NCBI GenBank assembly: GCA_026395915.1
Contig: JAPLXU010000020.1
Span: 18,729 to 82,728, forward strand
DNA: 64,000 nt
Direction: 5' to 3'
From: Candidatus Nomurabacteria bacterium
GTDB taxonomy: Bacteria; Patescibacteriota; Minisyncoccia; Phycocordibacterales; UBA9973
A program made the position numbers and the translations under genes. The notes under the pieces are model-generated. The model was given only the letters and a program-made list of their open reading frames with translations. It made no database searches and had not been told where the DNA came from. Positions 37,479 to 46,018 of this stretch are shown piece by piece; position 1 is the first letter of the stretch; each line of letters opens with the position of its first letter.

Positions 37479-37997
37479 ATGGAAAGTAAATTTAAATTCA
37501 TGTGTGAAAAAAATAAATATACAATTTCTGCGACAAACACTATTAGTTTGCCAGTTTTACTGAAAGATTTGCCTAGCGAAGTAGTGATAAATGGCAACAA
37601 ACTTATACTAAAATCTTCTTTTCATGTCAGTCTAGTGTGTATCAATGAAATTATAAAGAAATACTGTATCTCTGTTCCAAATTTTAGGAATTTAGTGGTG
37701 AAAGATTTTTGTGATTTTGTAAAAACAAATGACATATATCTTTTGAATTATCTCGAAGAATTTAGATTTGTCACAGAAAATGATCTAAAGACAGTGATAG
37801 TTATATGTAAGGTATCTAACTTAGATAAATTTTTCGATTTTATAAATAAAAAATACAAATTGAAAATCGAATATCCTCCCACTCATGTAACCTTATACAC
37901 CTTGGAGGGAAAATTAGGAATTTTTCTAATTGATGCTAATGATATAAAAAATCTAACAAAATCTATTCCAAATCCAATAGAGCATTCATTATTATGA
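37479..37997 (+). CDS. 2H phosphoesterase superfamily protein (LigT/Acb1-like), 172 aa
   Basis: two H-x-[ST]-x motifs preceded by hydrophobics: SSFHVSLV and PTHVTLYT, about 98 aa apart; size typical of minimal 2H enzymes. Confidence 0.45.
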   Translation: MESKFKFMCEKNKYTISATNTISLPVLLKDLPSEVVINGNKLILKSSFHVSLVCINEIIKKYCISVPNFRNLVVKDFCDFVKTNDIYLLNYLEEFRFVTENDLKTVIVICKVSNLDKFFDFINKKYKLKIEYPPTHVTLYTLEGKLGIFLIDANDIKNLTKSIPNPIEHSLL

Positions 37998-38614
37998 AAA
38001 TTACAAAATTCGAACAATCTGGGGTTATTTTTGAAACAAACGGGGGATTTCGTTTAGCTTTGGATATTGGTAAGTATACGCCATTGGAAAAATTGGCAGG
38101 CGTTACGGCGGATGCAGTGATTGTGTCTCATATTCATGGCGATCATTTTTCTTTGGATCAAATTAAAAAATTATCTCCAAAAAAATTGTATCTGGGAAGT
38201 GAATGTAAAGAAGCCTTAGGTAGAGCAAAGTTTCCGTTTGAAATTGTGGAAATAAAGGCCGGAGATCATATTGATACTGGAGGTATTGTAGTCGATATTT
38301 TTAGTGTTGATCATGGTCCGAATGCTTCTCCGTCGCTTCGAGATAATTTCGGTTTTCTTATCACAGTCGATGGAGAGAAGATATATTTTGCAGGAGAAAT
38401 GTTTTACGAATCGGGGATTGAAGTAAAAAATCTTGAGGTTGATTACGCTTTTTTCCCAATTGGGACTTTTTACACTTTTGGTCCAAATGAAGCGTTTAAT
38501 TTTGCCAAAAAATTCAAAAAAATCGGGAAAATTATTTTGATGCATTATGAAAAAACCCCAGAAACCAGAAATCAATTTTTAAAGTTATCAGAAGGTCATT
38601 TTGTTGTTGAGTAA
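37994..38614 (+). CDS. small MBL-fold metallo-hydrolase (206 aa)
   Basis: HxHxDH motif VIVSHIHGDHF; ATGA overlap with preceding gene indicates translational coupling. Confidence 0.7.
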   Translation: MKITKFEQSGVIFETNGGFRLALDIGKYTPLEKLAGVTADAVIVSHIHGDHFSLDQIKKLSPKKLYLGSECKEALGRAKFPFEIVEIKAGDHIDTGGIVVDIFSVDHGPNASPSLRDNFGFLITVDGEKIYFAGEMFYESGIEVKNLEVDYAFFPIGTFYTFGPNEAFNFAKKFKKIGKIILMHYEKTPETRNQFLKLSEGHFVVE

Positions 38615-38626
38615 TAAAAAATTCTA

Positions 38627-39232
38627 ATGCATCACATTTATCACACGGAAGGAATAATCTTGGGAAGCAGGGGTTACGGCGAAGCGGGTAAGTATTATTA
38701 TATTTTCACCCGCGATTTGGGAATGATCACGGCTTCGGCTCAAGGTGTGCGCAAGATGTCTTCCAAGCTCCGTTTCGTTCTGCAGGACTTTTCTTATATC
38801 AAAGTTGACCTCGTGCAAGGCAAAAATATTTTTCGAGTGACGAATGTCATAAAAACAAATAAATTGGAGCAAATCACAAAGACGCCGGAAACTTTTGCTG
38901 TCTTTGTAAACATCGCGCGTCTACTTCGACGCCTGCTCGCCGGTGTCGAGCCGAACGAAACTCTATTCGCGGACTTGTTGCAAGGTCTGTCTATTTTAGA
39001 AAAAATTTCTGACAAGGGCGAATTGGCTCCCGACTTTCAAGACAGCTTGCGTAACATTGAGGCGATTATAGTTTTGCGAATACTGAACAATTTGGGATAC
39101 ATAGGCGAAAATGAAATGTTGCAGAATTTAGTCAAATCTCCGTTTGAAGAAAATCTTGTGTTCGAAATTTCGAGAGACAGAGCGAAAGTGTTGCATCAAA
39201 TCAACAAGGCTCTCAAAGAAACTCATTTATAA
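38627..39232 (+). CDS. recO: DNA repair protein RecO-like (N-terminal OB-fold type, no zinc finger)
   Basis: EGIILGSRGYGEAGKYYYIFTRDLGMITASAQGVRKMSSKLRFVLQ pattern matches RecO N-terminus. Confidence 0.55.
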   Translation: MHHIYHTEGIILGSRGYGEAGKYYYIFTRDLGMITASAQGVRKMSSKLRFVLQDFSYIKVDLVQGKNIFRVTNVIKTNKLEQITKTPETFAVFVNIARLLRRLLAGVEPNETLFADLLQGLSILEKISDKGELAPDFQDSLRNIEAIIVLRILNNLGYIGENEMLQNLVKSPFEENLVFEISRDRAKVLHQINKALKETHL

Positions 39233-39238
39233 AAAGGT

Positions 39239-39270
39239 TCGCCCCGATTGCTTTGTAGCTTTCGGGGCGA
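39239..39270. terminator. hairpin cgccccga-N14-tcggggcg between convergent genes
   Basis: 8-bp GC stem; U-rich tract on minus-strand side. Confidence 0.55.
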
Positions 39271-39286
39271 GTTGTAGATGGGGCGC

Positions 39287-40024
39287 TTACTTTTTCTGCA
39301 GTGGGTTTGGGTTCGGTGTATATTTCTGCGCCTCTTTTATGTCTGCTTCCTCTTGCTCCCTCATCTCTGGAGAAATGAGATATTCATCGGGCTGGCCATC
39401 CCCCGTGAATTTTTTGACGGGGAAGAAGTAGTCTCCGTGACCTGTTTGACCGATGATCACAGAGTTTCCGATCAAGGGTTGAGGACCCTTCCAGATTGAG
39501 AGCGGAACTACTAACCATCGTTCCTCTTTCTTAAAAATGAGGAATTGAAGCGATTCGGATATCTCGTGATGGCTGAAGGCGATTGATCGTTCAACTAGGG
39601 TAAATGGTTTTTTCTCGAGATAAAGAAAGTCTGGACCCTTGGCATCGATAAATACAAATTCTTTGATGACTTGCGATGCAAACGCCTTCCAGACTTCAGG
39701 AGTTTTGAACTCCAAGTTGGCCTCACCTGTTTTAGCAGGATAGACAAACTCAAAGTCCGTTCCCTTGTCTGCCGAACCTCCAATGTAATACATCGTTTTA
39801 ACTTCCCCGGAGTCACCGAATTCCGCTTTGAAACAACAGCGCATTGGCCATACCGTATGATCGGTCCAGTGAACCATGACTTTAGTGCACCTTCCTTCGT
39901 CGCCATATCCACCATACCAAGGCTGGGCCACGTACTGGCCCTTTGGCATAGTCTGGCCGAACAGCGACACCGAGGTAAGAACGAGAACCGACACCAACAC
40001 CGACAGAGTAAGCAATTTTTTCAT
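39287..40024 (-). CDS. secreted hypothetical protein, GC-elevated (245 aa from MKKLL start)
   Basis: signal peptide MKKLLTLSVLVSVLVLTSVSLFGQ with GGAG RBS 7 nt upstream; region visibly GC-richer than neighbours; no family recognised. Confidence 0.6.
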   Translation of the reverse strand: MKKLLTLSVLVSVLVLTSVSLFGQTMPKGQYVAQPWYGGYGDEGRCTKVMVHWTDHTVWPMRCCFKAEFGDSGEVKTMYYIGGSADKGTDFEFVYPAKTGEANLEFKTPEVWKAFASQVIKEFVFIDAKGPDFLYLEKKPFTLVERSIAFSHHEISESLQFLIFKKEERWLVVPLSIWKGPQPLIGNSVIIGQTGHGDYFFPVKKFTGDGQPDEYLISPEMREQEEADIKEAQKYTPNPNPLQKK

Positions 40025-40138
40025 AGAACACTCCATTTTTCACAACAGGGTTCATCACCCACTTTCCACAAATTCCCTCATGTTTGAGGTAAACTTGCCC
40101 GGATAAGTTTGTTGTTTTCTAACAATATGATAGCATAG

Positions 40139-42151
40139 TTGTATGATAAAGTCAAGTGGGTAAAGTCTTCAGAATTTCCTGTAAAATGGTACAATTCCAA
40201 GATGCAATCTGACGACAGAAACAAGCTGAATAGAATAGAAGAGCTCAAAAGTAAGCTTTTCAGCAAAAATTATCAGCCGAAAATAGAACACCGGGACACT
40301 TTTACGCGTTTCAGAAGGAAAAACGTGCCGGATGTTTGGGAGGACGGAGTTAAAGCTACTGCTTCCGACGCGACTTCTTCTGAAAAATTTTTTATGAAAA
40401 CCCCCATATTTAAGAATTTCTTTTTTTTCTCGCTCGCTTTTTTTATTTTGGCAATAGGCTACGCCACTTATGTTTTTTTTGCTGGCGGAAACACTGTGTC
40501 GAATGACAACATCGATATCTCTATTCTCGGGAACAATTTCACAGCCGGCGGAGAAGATTTGTCGTTTATAGTTGAAATCACAAACAAGAACAGTTCCGCG
40601 CTCGACTTAGCGGATCTCGTTGTTGAGTATCCAAAGCATTCTTCAGTTTCGGGAACAGATTCATCAGCTGAAACGGAAACTCTTCGACAATCTCTTGGCG
40701 CGATTCCGGCTGGAGCCGTGCGGGATGAAAATATGAAAGTGGTACTTTTTGGTGAGCAGGGAAGCGTGAGTTCCGTAAAAATTTCTCTTGAATATCGAGT
40801 CGAAGGTTCGAATGGCATTTTTGTGAAGACAAAATCTTACAATGTAACAATAAGTTCTACACCGCTCAATCTTTCCATCGATGCTCCCGCTACGGTAAGT
40901 TCGAATCAAGATATTACTTTGAAAGTCAAAGTGACGCTGAATGCGACCACGACAGCTTCGAAAATGCTTCTCAAACTCGATTATCCTGTTGGATTCCAAT
41001 TTAGATCAGCGGTTCCGGCTCCTTCGATTGGAAATAGCACTTGGAATTTGGGAGACATGGCTCCCGGCGTAGAACGCGATATTTCTATAACGGGCAAAAT
41101 ATTTGATGCCTCAGACGGTGAGCAAAAAGTATTTCATATTTCAAGTGGATCGCAATCGAGTACAGACAAATCCGTGATTGATGTCGTTTTTAATTCTTTG
41201 CCTTATACGATCACGATAAAAAAACCTTTCATCGAAGCGAGCCTCTTCGTAAATGGCGTGTCGGGAAGAGAATTTGCCACAAATACCAAGACTCCGGTTC
41301 AAGGCGAGATCAGATGGGTAAATAATTTAGACACGAAAGTGAATGACCTTGTGATAAAAGCGAAAATTTCTGGCAATGCGGTCAATCGTCAAACGATAAA
41401 CGCTCAACAAGGTTTTTACGATTCTTCGATTGATACGATAACTTGGGATAAAAGTTCCAAGAATGGATTTGACGTAGTGAACCCCGGTGATTCCGGGTCG
41501 GTGAGTTTTTCTGTCTCTCCACTTTCGTTGTATTCAGGCTCGGGTGGAATACTTTCGAATCCAATTATCAATGTGGACATTTCCATTTCTGGTAAACAGT
41601 TGGTTTCTGGCTATGCGACCACAGACTTGAATAATTCTGATTCCTCGGTTATTCGTATTATTTCCGATGTTGGGTTTTCAACCAAAGCGCTCTATTATTC
41701 TGGACCTTTCACGAACACCGGCCCTATTCCTCCGAAAGTCGGAGCGGAGACTTCTTATACGATAGTTTGGTCTCTTTCTAACACTGCCAACAATATCTCA
41801 AAGAGCGTTGTCCATTCCACTCTTCCATCATGGATTAGATTTGTAGGTCCCGTTTCACCTTCAGGCGAAGATTTGACTTTCAATCCTTCCACCAAAGAAA
41901 TAGTTTGGAACATAGGCGGAATTCCGAACGGAACTGGCATTACAGCGACAACCCGCAGTGTCTCTTTTCAAATTGCTTTTTCTCCTTCACTTTCTCAAGT
42001 CGGCGCTACCCCAATTATTATCAATGATGCAGTTTTGACTGGGCACGATGATTTTGCTAATGTGGATGTGAGAGTGGGGAAGTCATCGCTTCGTACACAG
42101 TTGGACAACGATCCGCTTTTCCCTCCGGCCGGAGGCGTAGTGACGGAATAA
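40139..42151 (+). CDS. large bitopic membrane protein with extracellular beta-rich domain (670 aa), function unknown
   Basis: cytoplasmic N-term, TM FFFFSLAFFILAIGYATYVFFAG, about 540-aa extracytoplasmic region. Confidence 0.7.
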   Translation: MYDKVKWVKSSEFPVKWYNSKMQSDDRNKLNRIEELKSKLFSKNYQPKIEHRDTFTRFRRKNVPDVWEDGVKATASDATSSEKFFMKTPIFKNFFFFSLAFFILAIGYATYVFFAGGNTVSNDNIDISILGNNFTAGGEDLSFIVEITNKNSSALDLADLVVEYPKHSSVSGTDSSAETETLRQSLGAIPAGAVRDENMKVVLFGEQGSVSSVKISLEYRVEGSNGIFVKTKSYNVTISSTPLNLSIDAPATVSSNQDITLKVKVTLNATTTASKMLLKLDYPVGFQFRSAVPAPSIGNSTWNLGDMAPGVERDISITGKIFDASDGEQKVFHISSGSQSSTDKSVIDVVFNSLPYTITIKKPFIEASLFVNGVSGREFATNTKTPVQGEIRWVNNLDTKVNDLVIKAKISGNAVNRQTINAQQGFYDSSIDTITWDKSSKNGFDVVNPGDSGSVSFSVSPLSLYSGSGGILSNPIINVDISISGKQLVSGYATTDLNNSDSSVIRIISDVGFSTKALYYSGPFTNTGPIPPKVGAETSYTIVWSLSNTANNISKSVVHSTLPSWIRFVGPVSPSGEDLTFNPSTKEIVWNIGGIPNGTGITATTRSVSFQIAFSPSLSQVGATPIIINDAVLTGHDDFANVDVRVGKSSLRTQLDNDPLFPPAGGVVTE

Positions 42152-42153
42152 AT

Positions 42154-43470
42154 ATGTCAGGAAAAAATATAAAAAAGAATAATGATGATTTGATGGAAAA
42201 AATAGTTTCGCTTTGCAAGAGGCGAGGGTTTGTATTTCCTGGTTCGGAAATTTATGGCGGACTTGGGGGTGCTTATGATTGGGGACATTTCGGCGTTGCT
42301 TTGAAAAATAATATCAAGCAGAATTGGTGGAAAAAGTTTGTAGAATCGCGCCCTGACATGTATGGCGTTGATGCGGCTATTTTGATGCGTCAGGAAGTTT
42401 GGCAAGCGTCTGGGCATGTGGCGGGTTTTGCAGATCCCATGGTGGAATGCGAAAAATGCAAGAAAAAATTTCGTGCCGATCAACTTGAGGATAAGAAAAA
42501 GTGCGCGGAGTGCGGTGGCAAATTAGGGACTGTGGTGCAATTCAACATGATGTTTCAGACCAAGGTCGGCGCGTCAGGAGATTCGAGCGCGATATCTTAT
42601 TTGCGTCCGGAAACAGCGCAGGGAATGTTTGTGAATTTTAAAAATACAGTGGACGCTTTTCATCCGAAATTGCCTTTTGGCATGGCGCAGATCGGCAAAG
42701 CTTTCAGAAATGAAATCACCCCTCGCGATTTTCTTTTTCGACAGCGCGAATTTGAACAGATGGAAATTGAATATTTTGTAAGACAAGAAAATTGGGAAGA
42801 ACATTTTGAATACTGGAAAGGCGAGATGCTTGATTGGATGGAGGAGGTCGGTTTGGACATGGCAAAAGTTCACGAACTCGAAGTGTCAAAAGAAGACAGA
42901 GCGCATTATTCTAGCCGGACTGTCGATTTTGAATTTGATTATCCATTTGGCAAAAAAGAACTTTTTGGCTTGGCTTATCGGACCAATTTTGATTTGAAAG
43001 CGCACAAGCTGGATTATCTCGATGAAGAAAGAAGCGAGAAAATAATTCCTCACGTTATTGAGCCGACTTTTGGCGTTGACCGCGCTGTTTTGGCGGTCTT
43101 GCTTTCGGCTTACTGCGAGGATGAAAAGGACGGGGAAATTCGTTCATTCCTTAAATTGAAGCCAAATATCGCGCCTGTCATCTGCGCTGTTTCTCCACTT
43201 CTTAAAAACAAGCCCGAGCTTGTTGAATATGCGAATACAAAAGTTTACGCTCCACTCAAAACAGAGTTTGGCAGGGTAGCTTGGGATGACAATGGCAACA
43301 TAGGCAAACGCTACAGAAGGCAAGACGAAATCGGCACGCCATTTTGCATAGTGATTGATTTTGATACTTTGACGGACGACAGTGTAACCGTTCGCGACAG
43401 AGATACAGGAAAGCAGGAGAGAATAAAAGTAGTGGATCTTAAAAAATATATAAAAGAGAAAATAAGCTAA
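42154..43470 (+). CDS. glyQS: glycine--tRNA ligase (dimeric class II type)
   Basis: N-terminal RRGFVFPGSEIYGGLGGAYDWGHFG, class II motifs; 438 aa. Confidence 0.85.
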   Translation: MSGKNIKKNNDDLMEKIVSLCKRRGFVFPGSEIYGGLGGAYDWGHFGVALKNNIKQNWWKKFVESRPDMYGVDAAILMRQEVWQASGHVAGFADPMVECEKCKKKFRADQLEDKKKCAECGGKLGTVVQFNMMFQTKVGASGDSSAISYLRPETAQGMFVNFKNTVDAFHPKLPFGMAQIGKAFRNEITPRDFLFRQREFEQMEIEYFVRQENWEEHFEYWKGEMLDWMEEVGLDMAKVHELEVSKEDRAHYSSRTVDFEFDYPFGKKELFGLAYRTNFDLKAHKLDYLDEERSEKIIPHVIEPTFGVDRAVLAVLLSAYCEDEKDGEIRSFLKLKPNIAPVICAVSPLLKNKPELVEYANTKVYAPLKTEFGRVAWDDNGNIGKRYRRQDEIGTPFCIVIDFDTLTDDSVTVRDRDTGKQERIKVVDLKKYIKEKIS

Positions 43471-43967
43471 TGAAAATTTGCACTCTTGGATTTTTGTTCA
43501 GAAATGGAAAAATAATTCTTGCTCAGAAGAAACGCAAAATTGGTGTCGGTAAGTGGAATGGTTACGGCGGAAAAATGGAAGGAGAAGAAAGCAGAATAGA
43601 TTGTCTTATACGTGAGACGCTGGACGAATGTGGAGTTGTTCTGCAAAAAGAAGATTGTAATGAGCTTGGATATATTGACTTTTTTCTTGAAGACAGAAAA
43701 AAATTAAATCAAAGAGTTTTCATTTATCGTGTTAATAATTTTTCTGGCGAACCGAAAGAATCAGAAGAGATGGGTGAACCAAGAGAGTTTAATGTTAATG
43801 AGCTTCCGTATAACGAAATGATGGCTGGGGATGACAAATTTATGACTTTTGTTATTAAGATCAGGAAATTCAGAGGCGAAATTCATTTTTTGGAGAAGGA
43901 AAATAGATTAGTGAGTTCAAATGTTATTGAGATTACCGACGAAAAAAATGAAATTAAACTAAGATAA
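43470..43967 (+). CDS. NUDIX hydrolase
   Basis: Nudix box GGKMEGEESRIDCLIRETLDECGV. Confidence 0.75.
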   Translation: MKICTLGFLFRNGKIILAQKKRKIGVGKWNGYGGKMEGEESRIDCLIRETLDECGVVLQKEDCNELGYIDFFLEDRKKLNQRVFIYRVNNFSGEPKESEEMGEPREFNVNELPYNEMMAGDDKFMTFVIKIRKFRGEIHFLEKENRLVSSNVIEITDEKNEIKLR

Positions 43968-44004
43968 AAGCGATTTGGATTTTCTAAAAGAATTTACTAT
44001 AATA

Positions 44005-44016
44005 ATGCTATAGCAT
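44005..44016. promoter_or_regulatory. palindrome ATGCTATAGCAT immediately after -10 tataat, upstream of regulator gene 44039
   Basis: 12-bp perfect palindrome; near-identical 28-bp block repeated at 44654-44682. Confidence 0.5.
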
Positions 44017-44038
44017 ATTAATAGAGTGAGTAAACAAT

Positions 44039-44620
44039 ATGGGAAAGTTAGAAAAAGAATCGAGAAAAAGATCTCGCAAAGCCAATCTTCAAAAGACCAT
44101 TTTGTCTGCAATTTTTATTGCAGGTGGGCTTAGTATAGCCTTAATGGCCACTAAAATGACAAAAATTTTTAACAAGATTGAGCCAGATTTCATGAAAAGC
44201 AAGTATCGTAAATATTCCTTTAATCGTTCATTGGAAAGATTAAAAAAGAATGATTTGATTTTTTGGGAAAAAATAAATGGAAAGAATCTAGTGCGTCTTA
44301 CGTCAAAAGGTGAGGCAAAGTTGCGACAATTAGAAATTAATGATTTCAAAATAAAAAAACCGAGGCGATGGGATCAGAAATGGCGACTTCTGGCTTTCGA
44401 TATAAAAGAAGAAAGGAGAGGTTTGAGAAACAAGATTCGTCATACCCTGAGACAGATAGGCTTTATCCGCCTACAGGATAGTGTGTGGGTTTATCCTTAC
44501 GATTGCGAAGATTTGGTAATGTTGCTTAAGGCTGATTTCAAAATAGGTAAGGACTTGATTTATATAATTGCGGATAGTATAGAAAATGATAAATTCCTGC
44601 GAAAGGAATTTGACCTATAA
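44039..44620 (+). CDS. winged-helix regulator with Cas2/PaaX_C-like C-terminal signature, paralog of 36884 (193 aa)
   Basis: KWRLLAFDIKEERRGLRNKIRHTLRQIGFIRLQDSVWVYP. Confidence 0.55.
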   Translation: MGKLEKESRKRSRKANLQKTILSAIFIAGGLSIALMATKMTKIFNKIEPDFMKSKYRKYSFNRSLERLKKNDLIFWEKINGKNLVRLTSKGEAKLRQLEINDFKIKKPRRWDQKWRLLAFDIKEERRGLRNKIRHTLRQIGFIRLQDSVWVYPYDCEDLVMLLKADFKIGKDLIYIIADSIENDKFLRKEFDL

Positions 44621-44660
44621 TTCAAAGTCACTTTTATGTTTTAATTAGTTCGCTATAATT

Positions 44661-44672
44661 ATGCTATAGCAT
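44661..44672. promoter_or_regulatory. second copy of palindrome ATGCTATAGCAT after -10 tataat, in promoter of M16 peptidase gene
   Basis: gctataattatgctatagcatataaatag vs actataataatgctatagcatattaatag upstream of regulator. Confidence 0.5.
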
Positions 44673-44730
44673 ATAAATAGTGTAATGATTCGATTTGTGT
44701 TAGATGTATTTGTTATGGTATATTTTATTT

Positions 44731-45999
44731 ATGAAATTCTCAAAAAAGGTTTTAAAAAACGGACTGCGAGTTATCACTGTGCCTATGAAAGACAATCCTA
44801 CGGTCACGGTGCTTGTTCTCGTGGAAGCCGGATCAAAATATGAAACAAAAGAAGTAAATGGGATTTCTCATTTCTTGGAGCACATGTGTTTCAAGGGAAC
44901 CATGAAAAGGCCACAGGCTATAGACATTTCGAAAGAGCTCGATAGCCTCGGGAGTCAATACAACGCTTTTACAGCGCAAGAATATACTGGATATTACGCC
45001 AAGTCCGACGCGCGACATTTCAGAAAAATTTTTGATGTCGTATCAGATATTTATCTCAATTCCACTTTTCCTGATGCGGAAATGCAGAAAGAAAAAGGCG
45101 TGATAATCGAAGAAATGAATATGTACGAAGATATGCCCCAGAGGCATGTGCAAGATTTGATGATGAAATTGCTTTACGGGGACCAACCGGCTGGTTGGAA
45201 CATAGCGGGCGAGAAGAAAAATATTTTAAATATGAAACGCGAGGATTTTACTGCCTATAAAAATAAGCATTATTTGCCAGAGGCGACTGTGCTTATCGTT
45301 GCGGGGCAAGTGACGGAAAGGGAAGTGATGAGTGAGGCGAATAAAATTTTCGGCAAGATTCCGCGCGGGAAAAAAGGTCAAAAATTGAAGACAAAAGATA
45401 TTCAAGATAAACCGCAAGCATTAATTAATTTTAAAAAAACAGACCAGACGCATTTTGTGCTAGGTGTACGAACCTACGATTTATTTAGCGAAAAAAATGT
45501 GGTACTATCTCTCCTTGGCGGAGTGCTTGGTGGCGGAATGAGCTCGAGACTTTTCATCAAGCTTCGCGAAGAAATGGGTGCTGGTTATTATGTTCGCGCG
45601 TACAATGATGCTTACACCGACCACGGCTTTCTTCAAATCTCTGCTGGAGTAAATAATCAAAGAATCGACGAAGTATTGACGGCCGTTCTTGAAGAATGTA
45701 AAAAATTGAAAAATCAAAAAGTGAGCGAGGAGGAGTTAGATAAAGTCAAAGAGTATTTGATAGGCAACATGAAACTTTCTCTCGAATCGAGCGATGACAT
45801 TGCGAATTTTTTCGGCGGGCAAGAGCTTTTGAAACGTGAAATTCTTGATGCTCCAGAAAAAATAAAGAAAATCCGTAAAGTTACCGCTGACCAGATTCAA
45901 GTCTTAGCTAAAGACATTTTTAAAAATAACAAACTAAATTTGGCGCTAATTGGGCCATTCAAAGACTCAAAAAGATTTTTGAAAATACTGAAATTCTAA
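44731..45999 (+). CDS. M16-family zinc peptidase (insulinase-like)
   Basis: inverted zinc motif HFLEHMCFKGT; 422 aa. Confidence 0.85.
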   Translation: MKFSKKVLKNGLRVITVPMKDNPTVTVLVLVEAGSKYETKEVNGISHFLEHMCFKGTMKRPQAIDISKELDSLGSQYNAFTAQEYTGYYAKSDARHFRKIFDVVSDIYLNSTFPDAEMQKEKGVIIEEMNMYEDMPQRHVQDLMMKLLYGDQPAGWNIAGEKKNILNMKREDFTAYKNKHYLPEATVLIVAGQVTEREVMSEANKIFGKIPRGKKGQKLKTKDIQDKPQALINFKKTDQTHFVLGVRTYDLFSEKNVVLSLLGGVLGGGMSSRLFIKLREEMGAGYYVRAYNDAYTDHGFLQISAGVNNQRIDEVLTAVLEECKKLKNQKVSEEELDKVKEYLIGNMKLSLESSDDIANFFGGQELLKREILDAPEKIKKIRKVTADQIQVLAKDIFKNNKLNLALIGPFKDSKRFLKILKF

Positions 46000-46018
46000 C
46001 CTTTTACTAACGACATTT

